This document shows, piece by piece, positions 59,140-64,000 of a stretch of DNA of 64,000 bases. The notes under the pieces are model-generated. The model searched no databases. It was not told where the DNA came from and saw only the letters and a list, made by a program, of their open reading frames with translations. Position numbers and translations under genes: made by a program. The first letter of the stretch is position 1; the number at the start of each line of letters is the position of its first letter. Origin of the DNA: Neocallimastix sp. 'constans' (lineage: Eukaryota); NCBI GenBank assembly GCA_050613775.1, contig JBODTK010000134.1, positions 248,001 to 312,000 on the forward strand, written 5' to 3'.

Positions 59140-60575
59140 ATGGAAGACAATATAGAAATTGAAATAAGTGAAACAAATCGAGGAAATGAACAAATTATTA
59201 TTAATAAAAAACACAAATTTAATTTTTCATTTCAAAGGAAAGATAAATCAAAAATTTATAGATGCACTGAATATAAGACTTTAAATAAATGTAAATCTTT
59301 AATTATTTTAAATGATAAAAAGGAGGTTTTAAAATATGAAAGTTTACATAACCATCTCGAAAAAGAAATTGATGTGTCTATATCGGTAGCAAAGCATAAA
59401 ATTAAAGAAGAAATTAAGAAAAATTCAATTCCTATGGATATAAAACCTAAACATATATTTAATGCCGTTTCTCAAGAAATGAGACTTATATGTCCCGAAT
59501 ATAGTACAATTAGATCCCAAATAATAAGAAATATAAATAAACAATTTCCTCCAAACATAATAAGTTTTGATGATATTCCCATTGAATCAGAATATTATAA
59601 AACGAAAAGAAATGAAAATTTTATGATATTTAAAAATACTGATCTAATAATCTTTCAATCACCATTCCAAGCATATTTATTTTCGAATTATCATAAAAAT
59701 ATATTTGCGGACGGTACATTTTATGCAGCACCGAAATTTAGTTATCAGTTATTTATAACAAGAACTTATGTTGGGGAATTTAATATGTTTTACACTACTT
59801 CCATTTCTATATTAAAAAATAAAAAACAATCTACATATGAAACATTATTTAAAGAAATAAAAAAAAATCCAAATAAATTTAGGAGTAATACATTAATTAC
59901 TACAATTAATTTTCATTGTGATTTTGAACAAGGTATATCTAATGTCGCAAAAAAAGTTTTTCCCAATATAAATATTAAATATTGTGTTTGGCATTATAAA
60001 AGATCATTAGAAAAACAAAAAAATATATTATGTTATCATGAAGTGAAGAATAATAATGATGTATATATTTATTATAAAGCTATTTCGAACTTACCGTTTA
60101 TAAACCCTAACTATATATTTGATTTTTATATTATAATAAAAAGAATTTGTCAAAAAAAAAGTATAATAATTTTCAACAATTTTAAGAATATTTTAATAAA
60201 AATTATTTACTTAAGTATAATGTTAATAATTGGAATTATTATGAAAATATAGAGCGTTTAACAAACAATGCATCAGAATCTTATAATAGCTACTTAAATA
60301 ATATATTTCCAAATAAACCTTTATTTTATAAATTAATATATATATTAAAAGAAGAAGAAAACTTATCTTATAATGATTATCAAAGGAGAACTAAAGGAAA
60401 TTAGAAAAAAAAGCAAAAAATATTTAGTGCAACTAATGAAATTAAAATTTTAATTGAAAATTACGAAAGTAAGGAAATAAATTTATTTTATAATGAATGC
60501 AACAGAAATGAATTAATTAAATTATGGAAAGAATGTTTAATTGATTTAAACGATATAAATATTAATTTAAAATAA
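59140..60575 (+). pseudogene. MULE-family DDE transposase pseudogene
   Basis: N-terminal YRC-x8-C...HNH (FLYWCH/WRKY-like Zn finger), FADGTF, CDFE, CVWH; TNNASESYN at ~60261 in a shifted frame. Frameshift in A9 at 60152-60160; in-frame stops at 60183-60185 and 60402-60404. Confidence 0.88.
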
Positions 60576-60797
60576 ATAATCTTAATTTAAAAAATTGCTA
60601 GAAAAATAAAAATTTATTTATTTTAAATTTATATTTATAATCGTTTAAATAATAATTAAATAATCTTAATTTAAAAAAATGCTAGAAAAATTATTTATTT
60701 ACCTATTGTGTTTATTTAATAATCTTAATAGAAATTATCTTTTAGTTATTTTTATTAAGTAATTTATAACTAAAATCGATTTATTTGATACTAGTTA

Positions 60798-60932
60798 AAA
60801 TTTTATTAATATTAATATCAATATTATATAATTATAAATTTTATTAATATCAATATCAATATTATATAATTATAAATTTTATTAATATCAATATCAATAT
60901 TATATTATTATAAATTTTATTAATATCAATAT
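60798..60932. repeat. 38-bp tandem repeat x3.5 inside the MULE
   Basis: aaattttattaatatcaatatcaatattatataattat units. Confidence 0.85.
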
Positions 60933-61354
60933 ACTTTTCAAAATTAATGTTATTAAAAATATTAAATTCAATAAAAGATTTTTATTATTTTATTAAAATT
61001 ATAATTGTTATTATTATATAATAATAATAATTGATTCATATTGATCAAACATTATAAATATTACTATGTAAATAATAAATTATTTTAATAGGATCAATTA
61101 TTCAACTCTTATTGTTTTAATTTTTAATTCTTATATCATTTAAATTAATATATATATATATATATATCGTTTATGAAAATATGAATTATAAATAATTAAA
61201 ATTATTTACTTTTCATTTAAATTTTTTTATTTACTATAATAAAGTATAATAATTAAAAGACAAACGTTATTATAACTAAATTTTTTTTTTTTAGAAAAAT
61301 AAATGAAAAAAAATTAAAATATATAAGATTCTTATATATATAAAATAATTATTA

Positions 61355-62588
61355 TATTTTATTTTATTTTATTTTATTTTATTTTATTCAATCTGTACTT
61401 TATATTTATATTCTACTATTTATTTTATTTTATTTTATTTTATTAAATCTGTACTTTATATTCATATTTCTACTATTTATTTTATTTTATTTTATTTTAT
61501 TTTATTTCATTTTATTTTATTTTATTTTATTTTATTTTATTTTATTTTATTTTATTTTATTCAATCTGTACTTTCTTATTTAATATTCTACTTTTTATTT
61601 TATTTTATTTTATTTTATTTTATTTTATTTAATTCAATCTGTACTTCATATTTATATTTCTACTATTTATTTTATTTTATTTTATTTTATTTTATTTTAT
61701 TTTATTTTATTCAATCTGTACTTTATATTTATATTTCTACTATTTATTTTATTTTATTTTATTTTATTTTATTTTATTTTATTCAATCTGTACTTTATAT
61801 TTATATTTCTACTATTTATTTTATTTTATTTTATTTTATTTTATTTTATTTTATTCAATCTGTACTTCATATTTATATTTCTACTATTTATTTTATTTTA
61901 TTTTATTTTATTTTATTTTATTTTATTCAATCTATACTTCATATTTATATTTCTACTATTTATTTTATTTTACTTTATTTTATTTTATTTTATTTTATTT
62001 TATTCAATCTATACTTCATATTTATATTTCTACTATTTATTTTATTTTATTTTATTTTATTTTATTTTATTTTATTTTATTTTATTTTATTTTATTCAAT
62101 CTGTACTTCATATTTATATTTCTACTATTTATTTTATTTTATTTTATTTTATTTTATTTTATTTTATTTTATTTTATTTTATTCAATCTGTACTTCATAT
62201 TTATATTTCTACTATTTATTTTATTTTATTTTATTTTATTTTATTTTATTTTATTTTATTTTATTTTATTTTATTTTATTTTATTTTATTTTATTTTATT
62301 TTATTCAATCTGTACTTCATATTTATATTTCTACTATTTATTTTATTTTATTTTATTTTATTCAATCTGTACTTCATATTTATATTTCTACTATTTATTT
62401 TATTTTATTTTATTTTATTTTATTTTATTCAATCTGTACTTCATATTTATATTTCTACTATTTATTTTATTTTATTTTATTTTATTTTATTTTATTCAAT
62501 CTGTACTTCATATTTATATTTCTACTATTTATTTTATTTTATTTTATTTTATTTTATTTTATTTTATTTTATTTTATTCAATCTGTAT
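61355..62588. repeat. Compound satellite: 37-bp constant unit plus variable (ATTTT)n, 15 full and 1 partial units
   Basis: attcaatctgtacttcatatttatatttctactattt starts at ~61386, 61442, 61559, 61632, 61709, 61781, 61853, 61925, 62002, 62094, 62181, 62303, 62360, 62427, 62494 and 62576. Confidence 0.95.
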
Positions 62589-63139
62589 TTTCTGTTGATA
62601 ATATAAAAAAGGTATTAATGTATAAATAATAATTAATAATATTTAAAATAAAATAAAAAAAATATAATAATTATTTTATATATGTAGTAATTATATATAT
62701 ATATATATATTTTTATTTAATTTTCTAAAAAAAATTTTTTTAGTCATAATAAACGTTTGTCTTTTTTATTTTTATTATTATTTAGAAATTTATTTATTCA
62801 TTTATAATTTATTTATTCATTTATTTATTTATTACATTATAATACGCCATGTTTTCCGAAATGTACTACAACAAAATACAAATTTATGTAATAAAAATTT
62901 TCGAAATGACACACCCCCCTAGATTTATAGTTATACTAATATGTGGCTTATTATTATCATTGGTCATATATTTCACAATAAATACATTGAAATATATAAC
63001 ATCACTCCTTAAATTAATATGATTATAAACCTTAATATTTATATTTCTGACAAATTTTAATAATTTTTTAATTTTTTTCGAAATCCAAATAAAGTGAAAT
63101 TTTCCATAATATCTATAATATCTACATTTGATTAATTTA

Positions 63140-63701
63140 AATTAATAGAAGTAATAGAAAAACCATCATCATCATTATCATTACTAGCCTCTTATTGATC
63201 TTCTTTTCTTTTCTTAACCCTGTGAAAACTACAATCTTTATGGAAAGAGCGTATTTGGTTTTTGGATCTATCGTGGTTAAGTCATCTATTTCTTTTCCAT
63301 TGATAATATTATTAATAAATTTTAATATCACAATAAAAGAATTAGCTAGATCACTTGAAATCATGGGTAAAAGATTTAATGGGAAACTTAGTATACCAAA
63401 AAAAAGATCTAATGATGAGAATACTTAAGACGCTGTCAACTTATTACCAGCCGTAACATAAGCAATGAAAGATAAAGATCTAACAAGAACTGGAGTGAAA
63501 TTAAATTCGTTCCTATAAAATAATAAGTGTTTTTTTTTTAATACGAGATAATTATAATTAAATTAAATGAGAAAGATTAAACATTAAAATCACCTTAATG
63601 TACAAATTAATAAAGTTAAAATAATTGTTAATTGTAAAGGACCACTCCATAAATCATGAAGACAAGAATTTGAAGAAACGATATTTATTAGTTGACCTTC
63701 T
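63140..63701 (-). pseudogene. ABCC/MRP-type ABC transporter pseudogene fragment (TMD1 to pre-NBD1)
   Basis: Manual translation: exon 63701-63594 gives EGQLINIVSSNSCLHDLWSGPLQLTIILTLLICTL; intron 63593-63513; then FTPVLVRSLSFIAYVTAGNKLTAS*VFSSLDLFFGILSFPLNLLPMISS...YALSIK. These resemble the MRP motifs GEIVNLMS, LWSAPLQ and FxSLALFNILRFPLNxLP. Stop at 63425-63427. Confidence 0.75.
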
Positions 63702-63955
63702 CTATATGTATGTATTTATTATTATTATATCAATTGTATCAATTGAAAGTTAAAAAATTTTTTTTTAAAATAACAAAGAAATATTATATATAAAACTTTT
63801 CAAAAAAAAAAAAAAAAAAAAAAAGGAATAATAAAATAATAACAATAATAAAAATAAAAAAAATTGTAAAAAAAAAATTATTCTTGATCCTTATATTCTT
63901 ATATATATATATATATATGAATATAAGAATTAAAATTTTAAATAATAATAGTAAT

Positions 63956-63988
<33 letters not shown>

Positions 63989-64000
63989 TAATAATTAAAT

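Larger units (their letters stand above)
58363..62918 (+). mobile_element. Mutator-like (MULE) DNA transposon, full length, non-autonomous by mutation
   Basis: 52-bp TIRs at 58363-58414 and 62867-62918 (inner 42 bp perfect); direct repeat CTAGATTT at 58355-58362 and 62919-62926; internal transposase. Confidence 0.9.

Noticed and set aside
61355..62588. CRISPR array (37-bp repeats with variable spacers)
   Set aside because: The spacers are only (ATTTT)n with no unique sequence, there are no cas genes, and the context is eukaryotic.
63195..63428. 77-aa + strand ORF
   Set aside because: Antisense to the ABCC-like fragment, which carries the recognisable motifs.

Overview
Extremely AT-rich eukaryotic DNA with GT-AG introns, long homopolymers and (AAT)n tracts. 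The composition, low gene density and MULE content suggest an anaerobic gut fungus (Neocallimastigomycota); this is inference, not proven. 1-11.5 kb has no convincing gene: microsatellites, short tandem duplications and a triplicated ~150-bp element. 11.6-48.7 kb is a 13-copy array of an unrecognised, intronless, secreted protein family, arranged as a head-to-head quasi-palindrome (5 copies on -, 8 on +; 10 intact, 3 disabled). Each protein has a signal peptide, a Gly/His/Asn head, variable [IV]K[AT]GxG hexapeptide repeats, (GHIG)n, a Cys cluster split by (ENNK)n, and a very acidic tail ending QTIEDSEFDLD. Every copy has a 44-bp inverted GATA-pair palindrome ~170-220 bp upstream of the ATG. 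The strand switch of the array maps to a short hairpin that also occurs in the ordinary spacers. 51.7-57.8 kb is a probable 5-exon Asn/His-rich gene of ~1625 aa. 58.36-62.92 kb is a complete but disabled Mutator-like transposon (52-bp TIRs, 8-bp TSD) carrying a compound satellite. 63.1-63.7 kb is a collapsed ABCC/MRP transporter pseudogene fragment on the - strand.
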